Of a stretch of 64,000 bases of DNA, positions 1-54,511 are shown piece after piece. Every line of letters starts with the position of its first letter. Position 1 is the first letter of the stretch. Source of the DNA: Lingula anatina (Eukaryota > Animalia > Brachiopoda); NCBI GenBank assembly GCA_051362555.1, contig CM120642.1, positions 6,076,001 through 6,140,000 of the forward strand, given 5' to 3'. Under the pieces are notes generated by a model, which saw only the letters and a list, made by a program, of their open reading frames with translations, ran no database searches and had not been told where the DNA came from. A program made the translations under genes and the position numbers.

Positions 1-562
1 AACTGTGTTGAATACACAAAGTAAATTAGCTCTAATATATCTACATGCACTTTTTATATTATTATGCCTCCCATGTCAAGGCCCAAATCAATTGTATCAT
101 TATGTTATCCTTTGCTGCAACATTTGCAATAAAACAGCTGATAGAAGAATTGATTAAGAGGAACTGAATAACTGCAGTTATGCACACTTTGTTTGAAAAA
201 TAAATTACTGTTCAATATACACCTTTATACTACCAGTAGATTGAACTGTGCCCAAAAACTCATGTAAGAATTATGCCATACAGTTGATAGTCTTGAAGCC
301 CACCTTGCTAGTATTATTTCCAAGCTAGCAGTAATGGTGAGTCATTGTCTCGAGTCAATACAATACATGTACACTGCACTAGCGAGTAGTAACGTGATAC
401 TGAGTACATGCGGCACTCGTAGTACTAGTACCTTTTTTGCTTTAACTTAAGAAAATTTTAAAATATTAATGTCGCATTTGTTAAGATGATAAAAAACATT
501 AAGGTGATATTTGTGAATACAATCTTTTAAATTGCACATCACTCAGAGTCCCGAGAACCAAC

Positions 563-725
563 CTTTATCAGTAGGCTTCACTACGATAACATCGAGGTCT
601 GCTCTGGAAACGATGCACCGCTTGTCAAAGTCCACTTTCATATTCAGATGAAACATTTCTACCTTCACATCACGGAAATTTGATGCTGTTGATACATCTG
701 TCGCTAAATCGGAGTGGAGGACCAT
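563..725 (-). CDS. RNPEP: First coding exon of aminopeptidase B / M1-family (LTA4H-like) aminopeptidase; gene continues left beyond the window
   Basis: MVLHSDLATDVSTASNFRDVKVEMFHLNMKVDF resembles the RNPEP N-terminus as I recall it (LHS..A.DV.SASNFR.....HL.L...F). Likely donor AAAG|gttggt with the intron starting at 562. Confidence 0.75.
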
Positions 726-1100
726 GGTTTCCGTATTTCTGCTAGGTTATTTGTAGATTATTATTATTTACAGTATATACAAATAACTATATTTCTAACT
801 CCCGGTAAAATCAAATGACCATCACTCCCCCGACCTTGACCTTATTTTCTGACTAGATTCCAAAGGAGATATTAATTCTATAAACCAATAAATAACCACG
901 TTTATGAAACAAATAATAACTTTGGTATTTTAAACTCAATTTACTTAATTGATCAGTAAAGATCTATGATAACATAGTAAGGAGATGACTAAATTACCGT
1001 CTTATGTTATATTGAATTAGTAATATTGACTGAGGAACCAGCTCAAGACATTTTACTTTATGAGACTCCAGAAACAAGAGAGGGAACGACGTTATGTGTA
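726..1100. promoter_or_regulatory. Putative bidirectional promoter / 5' UTR region between the RNPEP-like and PGAP4 genes
   Basis: Head-to-head genes. Candidate PGAP4 5' UTR intron from donor gtaagc (~1098) to acceptor tttcctttcag (1296). Confidence 0.45.
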
Positions 1101-1516
1101 AGCAGTATTTGCCCACTCCCATCAGATATTTCCGTATGATATCGGTTACAGAGGTAATAATATTTTAATATGTAATAAAATACATACATACAGTAAATGC
1201 ATGGACAATCCAACGTTAACATTAATATAGTAAATATAAATTGTGACAGTTTTATTAATTCTGGTTTTTATTTTCTAAATCTTTTTTTCCTTTCAGGATA
1301 ATTTTAACACGTACTGCAATTCTTGAGCAGATTTTCAATGAGTGGGGCGCACAGGCGTTTAACAATATCGCTCGAAGGGATGCTTGGATCTTGGTCCATG
1401 ATGACGTGTGCCAACTATCTTTTCCAAAATGTTTGGGCTGAAAACTGAAACAGTGAAAAGCCTTATACCCGGACGACAGCTGCTGGATGTGATTTTGAAT
1501 TTTAAAAAGTCTGTCA

Positions 1517-2773
1517 ATGGCCCTATATTTATCTCCTCGGGGTATTTGGAGATGTATCAGACGGAAAGGGCTTTTGATATTGAGAGATGTGGCCTTTGCT
1601 TTGGTGCTGTACCTGCTAACATTTGTTTTCATTCTTCCCCAAAACATGAGAAATGTGAGGTTTTCGCCATATTTTATAGAACCGGAGAATATCACTGATA
1701 TTCTAGTTGAACAAAATGAACAGCGTGTAAAGTATGCTCAGGAGTTTCTGAAAGGGTTCACTGCAACAAGAAAAGAAATGTCAGGTCCATCAGATTCTAA
1801 AAAAGATAAAGAATATTTGTACAGCATTGGAATTATCACTCAAGAGCGGAATAATAACAAGGCAAAAAAGAAACCATTTTACTTGACTCAAGTTGCTGCT
1901 CGATTTCTTGAAATACTGCACGGTCCAAATGGAGGTTATTCTGACAGGACAAAAATTTTTATTTGCAATGTTGATCCAAACACATCTGGGGTGAAAGAGG
2001 TGAATACCCTCTCTGAGCACTTAGAAATTGTGAACAGATTTTCACCAGATTCAATAAATAAAGGTGAGACTGACGCCTATGAAAAAGAAAAGATGGATTA
2101 TATTTTCTGCCTCCAGGAAACTCTGAAACATTCCTCAAAATATGTTATCCTGATCGAGGATGATGTTCTTCCTATTCGCAAATTATTGGATATGCTGACA
2201 TATTTTCTTGAGACCAAAATTAATGTGCGGTGGTCCCATGGCTACCCAGTCAACACCGCTGACTCATGGCTTGCTTTTAAGCTATACTATCCAGAACGCT
2301 GGCAGGGATATAGTAAAACTGTGAAAGGTATTATTGAACTGGCATCTTTTGGAATTATTGTAGGATCTTTATTGACTTTTATATATGTTAGTTTTCTACA
2401 TAGAGCTGGTAATATTTATTTCATGTTTATAGTTTTTACAACTTATGGAGTTCTGTTGGCATACTGTATAGGTAGGGTTAACTTGTATACGGCCCTTGGT
2501 GCTTCTAAATATTTATATTTTGTAGAACAAGGTCATGGGTGTTGCACCCCTGCAGTAGTGTTTCCCTCAAAAAAAGTCCCAGCACTTGTGAAGCATCTCG
2601 GTTCAGTCAAATGCCATGAAAAATACCCCATAGACCTTGCCTTGACAGCGTATGCAAATAATACCAGTTTACTACAGTTTGGGATAGTACCGAACCTAGT
2701 TGGTCATATTGGTCTGTATTCAAGCCTGCATAAACCAGTCTGGGTAGACAAGGTCAGCCCATGGATTACCTAG
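1517..2773 (+). CDS. PGAP4: Post-GPI attachment to proteins factor 4 (TMEM246), GPI GalNAc transferase; single coding exon
   Basis: 418-aa ORF with an N-terminal TM helix, YLTQV, ICNVD, YEKEKMDYIFCL, VILIEDD (DXD-like), LKLYYPERWQGY-type motif, an internal TM hairpin, CCTPAV and PNLVGHIGLYSSL, all typical of PGAP4. Confidence 0.9.
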   Translation: MALYLSPRGIWRCIRRKGLLILRDVAFALVLYLLTFVFILPQNMRNVRFSPYFIEPENITDILVEQNEQRVKYAQEFLKGFTATRKEMSGPSDSKKDKEYLYSIGIITQERNNNKAKKKPFYLTQVAARFLEILHGPNGGYSDRTKIFICNVDPNTSGVKEVNTLSEHLEIVNRFSPDSINKGETDAYEKEKMDYIFCLQETLKHSSKYVILIEDDVLPIRKLLDMLTYFLETKINVRWSHGYPVNTADSWLAFKLYYPERWQGYSKTVKGIIELASFGIIVGSLLTFIYVSFLHRAGNIYFMFIVFTTYGVLLAYCIGRVNLYTALGASKYLYFVEQGHGCCTPAVVFPSKKVPALVKHLGSVKCHEKYPIDLALTAYANNTSLLQFGIVPNLVGHIGLYSSLHKPVWVDKVSPWIT

Positions 2774-3897
2774 GGCGTGTTTCCAGTTGAGTCTGCTTGA
2801 CTTATCTCACAGTCTACTTGCTCACCACAGGCAGTGCCCAGAGGAATCAGTCTGGTGGCTGCCAGCTTCTTCGTTTTTAATTCTTTTTATGTGCATGCTA
2901 ATAGAATTTTGAATATCATCAGCAATTTTGTTGAAGATCACGGCATGTATGAGAACTTGAAAATGAAGAAGTTAGCCTGCTTAGGCTCTATATATACCTT
3001 AGGCTTATTAACGATTATTCTGTCTCATCCACCATCTTTGTAATTCTCAAAATTGTGAATTTTTTTTTCTGTAAAATGTGTCTCAGAGCTATTAATTGGG
3101 TATTATAATCTAGATGGTTGTTTAGAGCAAGTTACTTGTCCTGAAGAGCTGGGAAAAGTTTAGTTATCCTGAGCAGCCTTAGATATATGAAAGGCCTTCT
3201 TTAATTGATTAGTTTTGTAGATTTTTTTATGTCGTGGGTCCAGTTTACATATAAATCTCCTTTTATATTTCTATATATCACATATTATTGTATTACATCA
3301 ATTTTGTAATAAAAGAATGTGCAATTTGGGGCATTTCATTCAAAGTAATACATTTAAAATGCCCTTAGTAGTATTAGTATGTTTTCTTCTTAATTGTGGA
3401 AGGGGACAAATTCAGCCTTTTTATAATATAATTATTATTTTTGTGGGGGAGGGGGCATCTTTCACTTATATAGTCAGATGATAATTCTGTTTTAGAATAA
3501 TTATATACATAGTTGTCATATATATTATGTATACTTAGTGCTTATATAAAGATGCACCATACATCATACCATACATATATATTCAATGCATATTGTTTAG
3601 GATGTACTAGCAACATATATAGCTTGCCACTGATTTTGGATGACTTTTGTAATTGCAAGTTGAAAGGGGTAATAATTGAAAGATAAAAATTCAAATCCTT
3701 GTTTCTCTTGTCTATTGTGTCATATAGTGAAGTTTACCCCCCCCTCCCCAGTTTCAGAGGATACTGTAAACTCACCACTAGTACTCTTATTATATCCACA
3801 TTCAAATACTCTAGTAGGCAGGTTGGTTTACTGTGTTTTCTGAAACTTTGGGGGGGGGGGGGTCAGTGAGGTTTTAAAATTCATCCAATTCTGATAA

Positions 3898-4971
3898 GGC
3901 CACACTTTTTTATTTTTATGGATGACATCCTCTGGGGACCCCAAAGTCGGTGCGAGCGGGCGAAAAAAAAAAAAAACAGAAAACAGTCCAAAAAAAAAAA
4001 AACTGCTTAAGAAAAGTTATGTTTTCAGTACACAGCTGGAAACACTAATTTACCACAGAAACACGTATCAAACTAACAACATGTCTTTATCCATGCTCTC
4101 AAAATATTAAAGCATTGTGAATAGGGCCTACTTCGTAGAAAGGTAAAAAGTCATGAATATATATGCTGCATATTACCAAATCTATTTAAGGTTATTTCAT
4201 GCATTCTGTTGGTATAGAAACCAATAAAACAAATATCAAATAAATAGCGTGTCTTTATTTGTACTCTCAGAAAATTAAAGCATTGTAAACACTTCACAGA
4301 ATTGTTTAAAAAATTAAGCAAAGATAGGCCTATGCTTCCTACTACTAAGGTAATTTCGGTCGATGCCATTTTGTCTACTTCGACTCACACGCTAGCAGCC
4401 AACTATCGGGTGGCCTGTCCGACCTTCAGTCCACCAAATACCGCGACGCTCTTGTCGACCCTTTTTTCGCTCCAAAAAGAAACTGGTATGTGCTGCTTTG
4501 GACAGAATGTCACTGAAATTTTCCGGGCGATGATTGCTGGCCGCGGCCAGCCTTTCGTAAAATTGTAAAAGGGTGATATCTCCATGTCCAATATCAATGG
4601 CTTACCAATCCAAAACGACGGCCCCCGTTCTCTTTATGACTTTAATTGTCGTGTATTTTTAAATTAATGCTAGAGATGAAGTTGACGGCAAAACGGCCAT
4701 ATTTCCATGTGGTGATAATACGCATGCGCAGAAAGCTCATTTTCCACACTCGGAACTACTCGGATGTCTCCGCAGTCGACAATGACAGTATGGAGCTTGC
4801 GGAATTAGCAGAGAATTGCCGATTGCATTTTCCGGCAAATTCAATAATGATGTTTGCGACAACCGACTTCCTTTGGGGGGGGGGGATTTTTTTTTTTTTT
4901 TTTTTTTTTGAGAACGGACGAAAATCGGTGCGCGCGCAGGATGTCATCCATAAAATTAAAAAAGTGTGGCC
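3898..4971. mobile_element. Non-autonomous DNA transposon (PIF/Harbinger-like), ~1.07 kb
   Basis: Terminal inverted repeats GGCCACACTTTTTTA(T/A)TTTTATGGATGACATCC at both ends, TAA on each side (3895-3897, 4972-4974), interior richer in CpG than the flanks, no credible ORF. Confidence 0.8.
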
Positions 4972-6375
4972 TAATATGTGCACAAGCACTGGTGGATCCA
5001 GGATCATGTGAGGAGGGGGGGGGGGGGGGCACAAAATTAAAAGACTTTTATCTCATAAAAAATTAGTTTCTACTGAAATGATTTACTTTCTTACCATTTT
5101 TATGACAGTGAAAACCTTCATGTATTTCAGCAATACCAGCAGTAGTCGATTCAAAAAGAATGAAGTGGACCAAAATTTTTATGTTAAAGTAAAGACCAAT
5201 TTTTAGGCTGAAGTTCTTTGGTGAAATGGGCCTCAAATGTGCAAAGAGGACAAAGAGATTTCACTAAGGTGCATGAAGGTAATTGATCTAAAGCATTATT
5301 CTTAAGTATTAGCATTGCTTTCCATCTCTTAAGTACTTAGAAAAAGAATATTAAAAGTTACAATTATAGATTTATTTGAATTTCATAAATTTCTAGAGAA
5401 GGGCTCTGCAAAATTTTAAATGCTCCCCCTTCTGACATGTCACTGACTAATATCCAACATCTATGAAAAACATCAAAATTCCTTGGATGGGGCTTTGCCT
5501 TGATGACGCTGGCTCCAATTTTTTTCAGTTTAATTTTTCTCTGATACTTTCTGGTTGTGTGGCTGGGTTAAAACAAGAAGCTCAGACTTTCCAACATTGA
5601 TTTTCAGCTTATTTCTCATCAATCACCCTCGCAGGTCATCAGTACACCTGACCTGAACAACTTTTCAATGGATTTCTCAGGATTTTCTAAATCACAGCAT
5701 CATCCATGTAATTAAGGATTACCCCTCACTGTTATTGTCTTATCACTTATTCTGATGGTATAAGATTGATCACAGAATGCATGCCCAATAAACGTATATA
5801 AAATATATTTGGGATTCTTTTAGACGTATGTATTTTTGTAATCAGGGAGAAAAAAAAAACATGTATGCAGATTTCTTGTTATCTTCAGCATTAAAATAAC
5901 ATTTCCATTAATACTGTAATAGCAATATTAAGGCCAATTATTATACCATTATATGTTATATATATATATATCTGGGATTTGCTATATGTGGTAAGAATAC
6001 ATATTGACCTCCCTGACGTCATCAAACAATTGCACTAAACTTGGTTACAAAATGCTAATTACTATTATGCCATATAAATAATTTTGGCCAACCACTTTCA
6101 TCAATGTTTGATCAGGAACTTAAAAACAATGTAAATTGTACAACTGCTGCTCATGCCTTATATAATGCACTATTGCTACTATTAACTACTGTCTGTATTG
6201 TCAATAAAATATAAAATCTGATATAAAACTTTTTTTTAACTTTGAAAATAGTGCCTCACATATTAATGGAATAATTAATTACATAATACTAAATTATATA
6301 ATTAAAAATAATAAAATGTCTATCTACTATATGGGCCAAAATTTCACATGCACTCATTGGTACCATTAGAAAAAG

Positions 6376-7044
6376 CTAATTTTGCCTAGAAAATGACATA
6401 CCCAGCTGAAATTCTTTAAAAGTAAGAATCCCAAGTACATTAACAGCAAAAACTTCCTCACGAATCTCAAATCCACACCTTTTATACAAATGCACTGCAG
6501 GCATCTGTGCTTCCGAAGTTTCAAGAATCAGTTCACCATAGCCTTGTTGCTTAGAAAATTCAATGGCAGTTGTCACTAACATCTTTCCAATGCCAAATCT
6601 ACGGTAATTCTTTTTAACAATCATTCTTTTCAGTTCAGCTGTGGAATCCGTCTTCTTGTCAATGGCAACCGTCCCAATGATTTCCCTGTTATATGTTGCT
6701 ACCCAAAACGCAGTTCCTTGGCGACTATAATAACCGCGCAAGTCTGCCTTTTCTACTGGGAATCGATTTTCATACTTTCTCATTTCTGAGGACATATATA
6801 TGTAAATTAAGATTCTAACTGTGAAAACTGGCAATAGTATTGAGACTATGAACATGTCTATGTAATAATATAAAACTGTGATGGACACTGCTGTCAGGAG
6901 GACAGTCAATGGGTTAAAAGAAAGTTTTCTGACAACATAAGGATGGACTTGGTCTGATAGATTCTTTATGATCATTTTCCATAGAAAGTCTCCCTCTCCA
7001 GTTTGAATAGGTCGCACTTTAAGCAGTTCTTTGTTGAACTCCAT
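6376..7044 (-). CDS. NAT8/camello-like GNAT N-acetyltransferase, single coding exon
   Basis: Hydrophobic TM segment, then FWVA..N.EIIGTV, AELKRM.V..NYRRFGIGKML (acetyl-CoA motif A), LILETS..Q..AV.LYKRCGF. First ATG at 7044. Candidate 5' UTR intron from donor gtaagt (7694) to an acceptor near 7066. Confidence 0.85.
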   Translation of the reverse strand: MEFNKELLKVRPIQTGEGDFLWKMIIKNLSDQVHPYVVRKLSFNPLTVLLTAVSITVLYYYIDMFIVSILLPVFTVRILIYIYMSSEMRKYENRFPVEKADLRGYYSRQGTAFWVATYNREIIGTVAIDKKTDSTAELKRMIVKKNYRRFGIGKMLVTTAIEFSKQQGYGELILETSEAQMPAVHLYKRCGFEIREEVFAVNVLGILTFKEFQLGMSFSRQN

Positions 7045-7694
7045 TCCCACAGCAACTGGTCTGCTCTAATTAATGGAAAATTATATAAATTATAAATACT
7101 GATCAATCATTTTTAAAGTCAGTGTAATGTTAAAAGGTAAAATACCTTAAATTGTAAGTACTGGTACAGTGTACTGGTACATGTACATGTAAAAGGTGAA
7201 GTGCCTTTGCCTGGCCTGTGCGGTGAAACAAATGTTTTGATAATAATTAACATAAAGAACATGTTACATGTTAGATACATTTTGTAAACACCAGACATAC
7301 AAACAAGATAAGGGGATAGTACATGGGAATTTGGCAAGTAAAATAAATTCTCCTGGCATTACAAAAAAATAAATAAAATAAAATAAATAAATAAAAATAA
7401 AAATAGAGGCCATGCACATTTTTCTCAATTGGGAGTACAGTACTCTGCAACAACACTTACAGGAGTAAGCAAAAGAGTATTGTTACAACTTACAGTTACA
7501 CACTTATTCAAACTAATACAGAAATATATTGCCAAGTGATTTTTTGTAACATTTTGGTAAACTAGTTCTTGTTTCAATGTTTGGTCTTCACTTTGCAGGC
7601 TTGGAAAGAGAGAAAACTTAAAATACATTGTACGATAAATGTAATCAAAGTGAGATTTATCTGTATCTGTATACATATCTCTGTAATAACTTAC

Positions 7695-8120
7695 AGTGTT
7701 TCACGTATTTAGGAAAATATACCCCCAGCGTGATATAACTCTCAGCATGAGACAACATGTAGTGACTGGACTTTAGTACCGTTCACCAGTGACCGGCTAA
7801 GTGCTCAGTGCTCTATTTGTTTACCTTCAACGGACTGTAAAATTTCCAATGCTCTCATTGGCTCCCTAGAATCGTTTCCTGCTATCTAATATGGAGCTGC
7901 AATAATTAAACATTTTTAGCAATAGAAATAATTCACGTTTCAAACAATATTTTGATGTTTTAAGTTTTGCTGAGAACTTTCGCTTTAAATTAATTAAAAA
8001 TTATACATATTCGAAACTGAATTACCAAACAATGCGAGCTTCATATACGCGACTAGATAGCAGCACAGGTCTCACATGCACAGTGGGCGAGAAAAATGTC
8101 CAAGTGAAAATAGGTCTGTA
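7695..8120. promoter_or_regulatory. Putative bidirectional promoter between the NAT8-like gene and the giant Roco gene
   Basis: Divergent genes, local CpG retention, an attgg (reverse CCAAT) near 7857, candidate first-exon donors on both strands (7694 minus, ~8114 plus). Confidence 0.4.
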
Positions 8121-8672
8121 AATAAACAGAGTAGATATATATTGCTTATAATGTATGTAAACAAATGTTGCTTAACGCTAGTATGTATATTATTGAGCAA
8201 AAGCGTGACAGATATACTGTAACAAATCAAAGTTCCTCATCACTAAGGTAAACATTTGCATGCCGCAAATATTATCGATATAGCAGGGTATGTTGTGTGT
8301 GAGGGGGACAAATAGGAAGTCATCAAGCCAGACTTCAAAATCAGTGTCGTAGATACCATCTGTAATAGAAGTGTTTAACTTTTTTAAGGGTTGATGCATA
8401 AATATGAATCTTGAAAGGATCGATGGCCTGAGTAGTAGTAAAATTCCAACAGAAAGCAATCACAATCTAACATTTGCTTTCAACATTTCAGGACAGGTGC
8501 AAACATAGAAATGGAAGTCCCAGTGTTGGTAACATGATTGAGCTTATATGGCTTGATTCATTTGTACACTAGCAGGGAGCAGTTGGTGTGTGAGTTTGCA
8601 CGTAATGATGCAGAGGTTCATCCTCTGAAGAAACCTGTTCAGTTTTGCTGGTTGTTTTATGCCAGAGACTTC

Positions 8673-49963
<41,291 letters not shown>

Positions 49964-50009
49964 AGGAATTTCTTTCTTGTTTTACTATTTGCTGAAATGT
50001 TAATGCCTA

Positions 50010-51005
50010 ATGGAGAATGATGATATTATAATATGTATAAAGATAGGTTCAAAGGAATCTGGTATTGCATTTAGTGCTGATGGTACTGTTTTTATTCTTA
50101 ATGTCAATGAGGAGACTTGGAGGTGTGTTGTAGTTGGTTTCTTAAAGCTTTACGGTCTTTGTATTAATCGTGATAAAACTGGGACTATATGGATAAGGTC
50201 AAAGCAGTATGCTAAAGATATTCTTTACTCACAATATCAATTAAAATGGAACAAAAACAGTTCCAAAATGCAAAGAGTAAAGTTTGATGTAGATTTTAGT
50301 TATATCATCGGTTTAACACAAAACGTTAAGGCAAGGTCAAGCTTTGTGAATAATGTGCTTTTTCAATATAGAGTAAGAAATATAAAAACTGCTAGGGAAA
50401 AAAATGTAATTATAATGATGTTACCTTCTTCTGGCTTCGACCGTATGCCTCTATCCTTTTCAAACCCAAAAGAAAAACATGGAGAATGGAAGAAATGTCG
50501 TTCTTATCTGTGGAATGATAAGCCGAGTAAGATTAAGAGATATATTATTTCCAGTGAATATAGAGGAGAGGGAACAAATATTATAAGTGACAGACTTTTC
50601 ATGCAATATTTGAAAATTCCACGGGTGAGAAGGCTTATATTTGAAAACAAGGAGTGGAAAAATACCATAGTTAAATACTTGGGTATAGAAAATTGTCACA
50701 AAATTAACACTTTTGGGACAAATTATATTTTAAAAACCTTTAGGAACACATCAGTGTTTGAAAATAAGGCACATAAAAATATCATCATTAGATACCAAGA
50801 TATAGAAAATTATAACAAAATCATCACTTATGGTACTGATCATACCGGTATTTCAAAATTCTTTCAGAACATGAAATTTCAATCTAGGGTAAATGTTTTA
50901 ACAGCATGGAAAGATCTTTTTAGTGAAATAATTTCAAATAAAAATAAAGAATTCTGCAATCAGTCTTTTATAAACCAAGGTATGACAGAAAAGGTAGACT
51001 TGTGA
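50010..51005 (+). CDS. Intronless 331-aa ORF just downstream of the Roco stop codon; possibly a highly degenerate HSPA12/actin-like ATPase-fold protein
   Basis: A 996-nt ATG-initiated open frame in very AT-rich DNA. N-terminal IIICIKIGSKESGIAFS resembles the HSPA12 phosphate-1 region (VVAIDFGTTYSGYAFS) without the Asp. Confidence 0.45.
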   Translation: MENDDIIICIKIGSKESGIAFSADGTVFILNVNEETWRCVVVGFLKLYGLCINRDKTGTIWIRSKQYAKDILYSQYQLKWNKNSSKMQRVKFDVDFSYIIGLTQNVKARSSFVNNVLFQYRVRNIKTAREKNVIIMMLPSSGFDRMPLSFSNPKEKHGEWKKCRSYLWNDKPSKIKRYIISSEYRGEGTNIISDRLFMQYLKIPRVRRLIFENKEWKNTIVKYLGIENCHKINTFGTNYILKTFRNTSVFENKAHKNIIIRYQDIENYNKIITYGTDHTGISKFFQNMKFQSRVNVLTAWKDLFSEIISNKNKEFCNQSFINQGMTEKVDL

Positions 51006-53763
51006 CCAAGCTTCTTTTGGGTTTGGGAGAATTCAATGGTTTTGACAGAACTTCCCAAGATGTCTGTTGTGATAATATAAATGAAAAATTTTTCGAGTTC
51101 CATGGAATTGTCTCAGATTTCAAAAGGGGAGTAAAGAAGGACAGGTGTATTTGGAAAAATAAGTGAGGTACCTGTGTCTCTTCTATATGATGTTTCTTTT
51201 ATTTTGTTTTCATCAAACTGTGATAAAGGTTTGAAAACTTGTCATAGAATTTTAAGTAAAATGGATGTTTAGGAGATGGCAAAAAAATGCTAATGAATGG
51301 AAAGTGTTACTCTACCTGGAGGAAGAAGAGTTTCTTATGGTTTTGAAAATTCCTTTTGTAATTACCAAAAATTCAGTATTGCTAAAATTTAATTTTTCTT
51401 TTCTGAAGGCTTTCACTGATTTGTAAATTGATATTATTTCAAATCAAATGTTATATTTACTCCATGAGGTACTGAGTGTTTAGGATAAGCTGCTCTGGAA
51501 GAGGTGTTATTTCTTCAAAAAGATCTAAGATTAAAAAAGATCTGTGAGTGTGCTAGCCATAATGCATGTATAAATGATTTTCATTATCCAAGAAGTTTGT
51601 TTAAATATAGTTTAGTCTTATTTCTTCTCCACCTGAAGTTTCTTAATAACCTCCCATAGAGATGAAAGATACAGTGTGGCTATTTTAGGTTATTTTCATC
51701 TCCTTGCACATGCAAACATATGAATTCTGAAAGTGTGTGAGAGTGTTCTTTGCTACTGATTGTTTTATTCTGTCGTATACATTTTTTTTTTGTCTAAAAT
51801 ATCTTGTAATGAACAAGTATTTTCTTTTCCATCATATTCATATGTATGAAGATGTAAGGAGCAAATGGCAATTTTGAATTATGTTATATAGTACATCAAC
51901 ATTATATGTTTTAGTTGCAGACTATTTAAAATATTGATAACTTTCTGCAATTGGTATAGGCAAGTAGTTTCAAAAGCCAGTGATATTCACACATTATTTT
52001 CATATAGCTAATAGAAATAGCTATATAGAAATTTAACTCTGTGCAATTAAACAATTTCTGTATGTTTTATAGCAATCAAATCTTGCTAATGGTTACAAAG
52101 CTATTGATTTCATTCAGCTATTGGGGTATGATATAAAGCTTTTGATACGTAAAAGTTGAAAGAACAGTGTCCCAAGGAATAAATTATGACATCATGTTGT
52201 CAAAACCATACCCATGGTTTTTACATATCAATTCTGCACAAGTCAAAATGCACTATTATACCTGTGATATTGGTAATATTATCATTAATTAGTATATACA
52301 TATTGTATATATCTGCCTTCTTTGGCTTTGTTAGAGTACTTTGATATCTTCACTATTTTTGAAATTATTTTTGATTGTATTTTATGTCTGTCTTTTAAAT
52401 ATATAAATAGAATATTAAAGTCCGTCCAGTTCTATCTTTTAAACATATAGTCTACATGTATTTTTAATGTGTACATCAGATAGAAACATTCCAGTCTTGA
52501 GGAACATTGTTTATTTGACCAGGGTTATAGATACTGACTGTGATTGTTATTTTCCCCAGGACAGTACCATTTCTGTTACTTTTTATTAACTTTGATAAAT
52601 TATGTAGCAATCTTTTATATATATATATATACGTATGTACACATGTAGCTATTTTGCATTTTTATCTAGATTCCTTTCAAATTTATAGCTATTTTTTATT
52701 TTCATGAATAATTATATTATTCTCTGATAATTTGTGTTTAGTAGGTAGGTTTTATTATCAAAATAAAGTAGCTTTTGCGATGATTTAGAATTAAAAATAG
52801 ATATGTTAGTTATCTGTTTAACAGAATTGGCTCATATGGGCATGAAGAAACAAAAAAAAAAATTGATCTTTGCAACAAATTCATTTAAGGTTTTACAAGG
52901 TCAAAGGTTGAGATACTAAAATTAAATTTGCAATTTGAGTTTTAAACACAATTTTGTCACCTGTATTTGTTCATTTTAAACTTTCAGAAACTTTTTTGAG
53001 TAAAAGCAACTTTCAGGACAATCACAACCCCTGGCTCAAGATGGTTGAGTCATAAATTAGGGGCACTTTTTCATTGTTTATGGGCAGATATAATGTGACA
53101 TGTAGTCATCACCAGCTTTTGTCCTCCGAAAAACAATAGAATTAAAACCGCCTTGCCTATTTTTACTCAACCTGACAAGAATGAATCTTATAACTAAATC
53201 CAGCTCGAGTTCGAAAATGGGTCTGAGTGGATTGTCATTATTAAAGTTTCTTCTATAATTTTTCATTTTTTTTTATATTCATGATTGTCATTGTAGTTTT
53301 TACGATAATTTTTTACATTAGCATTTTCAAGGTTTGGCTAACGGATCCCAAATCTAACAAGACTCACTGGTGCTGTTATCTTCTGTATAGGAAAAAACAC
53401 ATAGCTACAAACCAAAATTTCTCAATAATATTCATTATATTTCAAAGATATTTCACTGTTATAGTACAAGTTGTCCCCAGTGGCACATCAAAGTGTGACT
53501 CAACCTCTTGTTGCATTTATCAAATACTGAAAGCACCATACGACCAAAAAAACCTAAACCAAATTAAAATTTTCTGCAATCTCTTGCGTCACTAAATTAA
53601 TCATTATATCTGTTTGCAAGAAGGTTTGGGAAATGCATTGTGTTAAGCGAAACAAAAAAAAAGCCTTAAAGAGGTTGTACAATGAAAAATGTAACTCGAC
53701 AACAGTCGATCGTGTTTTTGCATAACTCCATACCTTTTCACAGTATAGAAAACATTATTTATC

Positions 53764-54463
53764 TTAAAGTCCATTGACACTGATTTTAAGCATGTGGGTC
53801 TCCAGTCTCCGAACAAGATCCATTTTCTTGAGTCTTTTCAGAGTCAAAATCAGTTCGTTGACGTCTGCCAGGCGGCTAAACCGTCTCCATCTTTCCAAAG
53901 ACTTAATGGCTTTTTCCTGCCAGCCGACTGTGACGCCGTATGTGTTGGCGTCTATTACTGAAATAAAAAGAATAAATTTATGGAAACAACTGGTAGACGT
54001 TTTAAATATAATAGGTGTCCTGCTTTAAGGGGATTGTCTATATACTCCAGAGGCCAACGTGATAAATAATTATATACACGACCATCACAAATGAAAGAAA
54101 TATTTTGAACTTGCATACATCTGGTTCAGCTACGTGAGCATCGTATAACTCCACAATGTGTGTTCAGAAAAACTTAGAACCAAATCGGTTTAGGTTTGAA
54201 GCAAGTCTCCAATCGACAAAATAAGGTTGCCAGTGATATATAAGACTAAACAGAATATAAAGGTATTGGAAAAGTTTTTTATCTTTGTCTGAAAGCTCCT
54301 GCTGCAAAAATTTGGACAAATAACTGAATAAAACGTTTCTTCCGTCCAAGGCACAAACTAGGATTTTCGTTAAGGAGGGGTGTCTTAAACAACACACTGC
54401 TTGGCTGAGGATTTGTTTTATGATTGCATCTCTATTTAAAATAATTTTAACAACCACTCCCCC

Positions 54464-54511
<48 letters not shown>

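Noticed and set aside
1255-1698. 146-aa (-) and 96-aa (+) ORFs overlapping the PGAP4 start
   Set aside because: No recognisable motifs. They are alternative-frame or antisense shadows of the PGAP4 exon.
4151-5066. Cluster of short ORFs
   Set aside because: They lie within or at the edge of the non-autonomous transposon, include homopolymer-derived runs, and show no transposase motifs.
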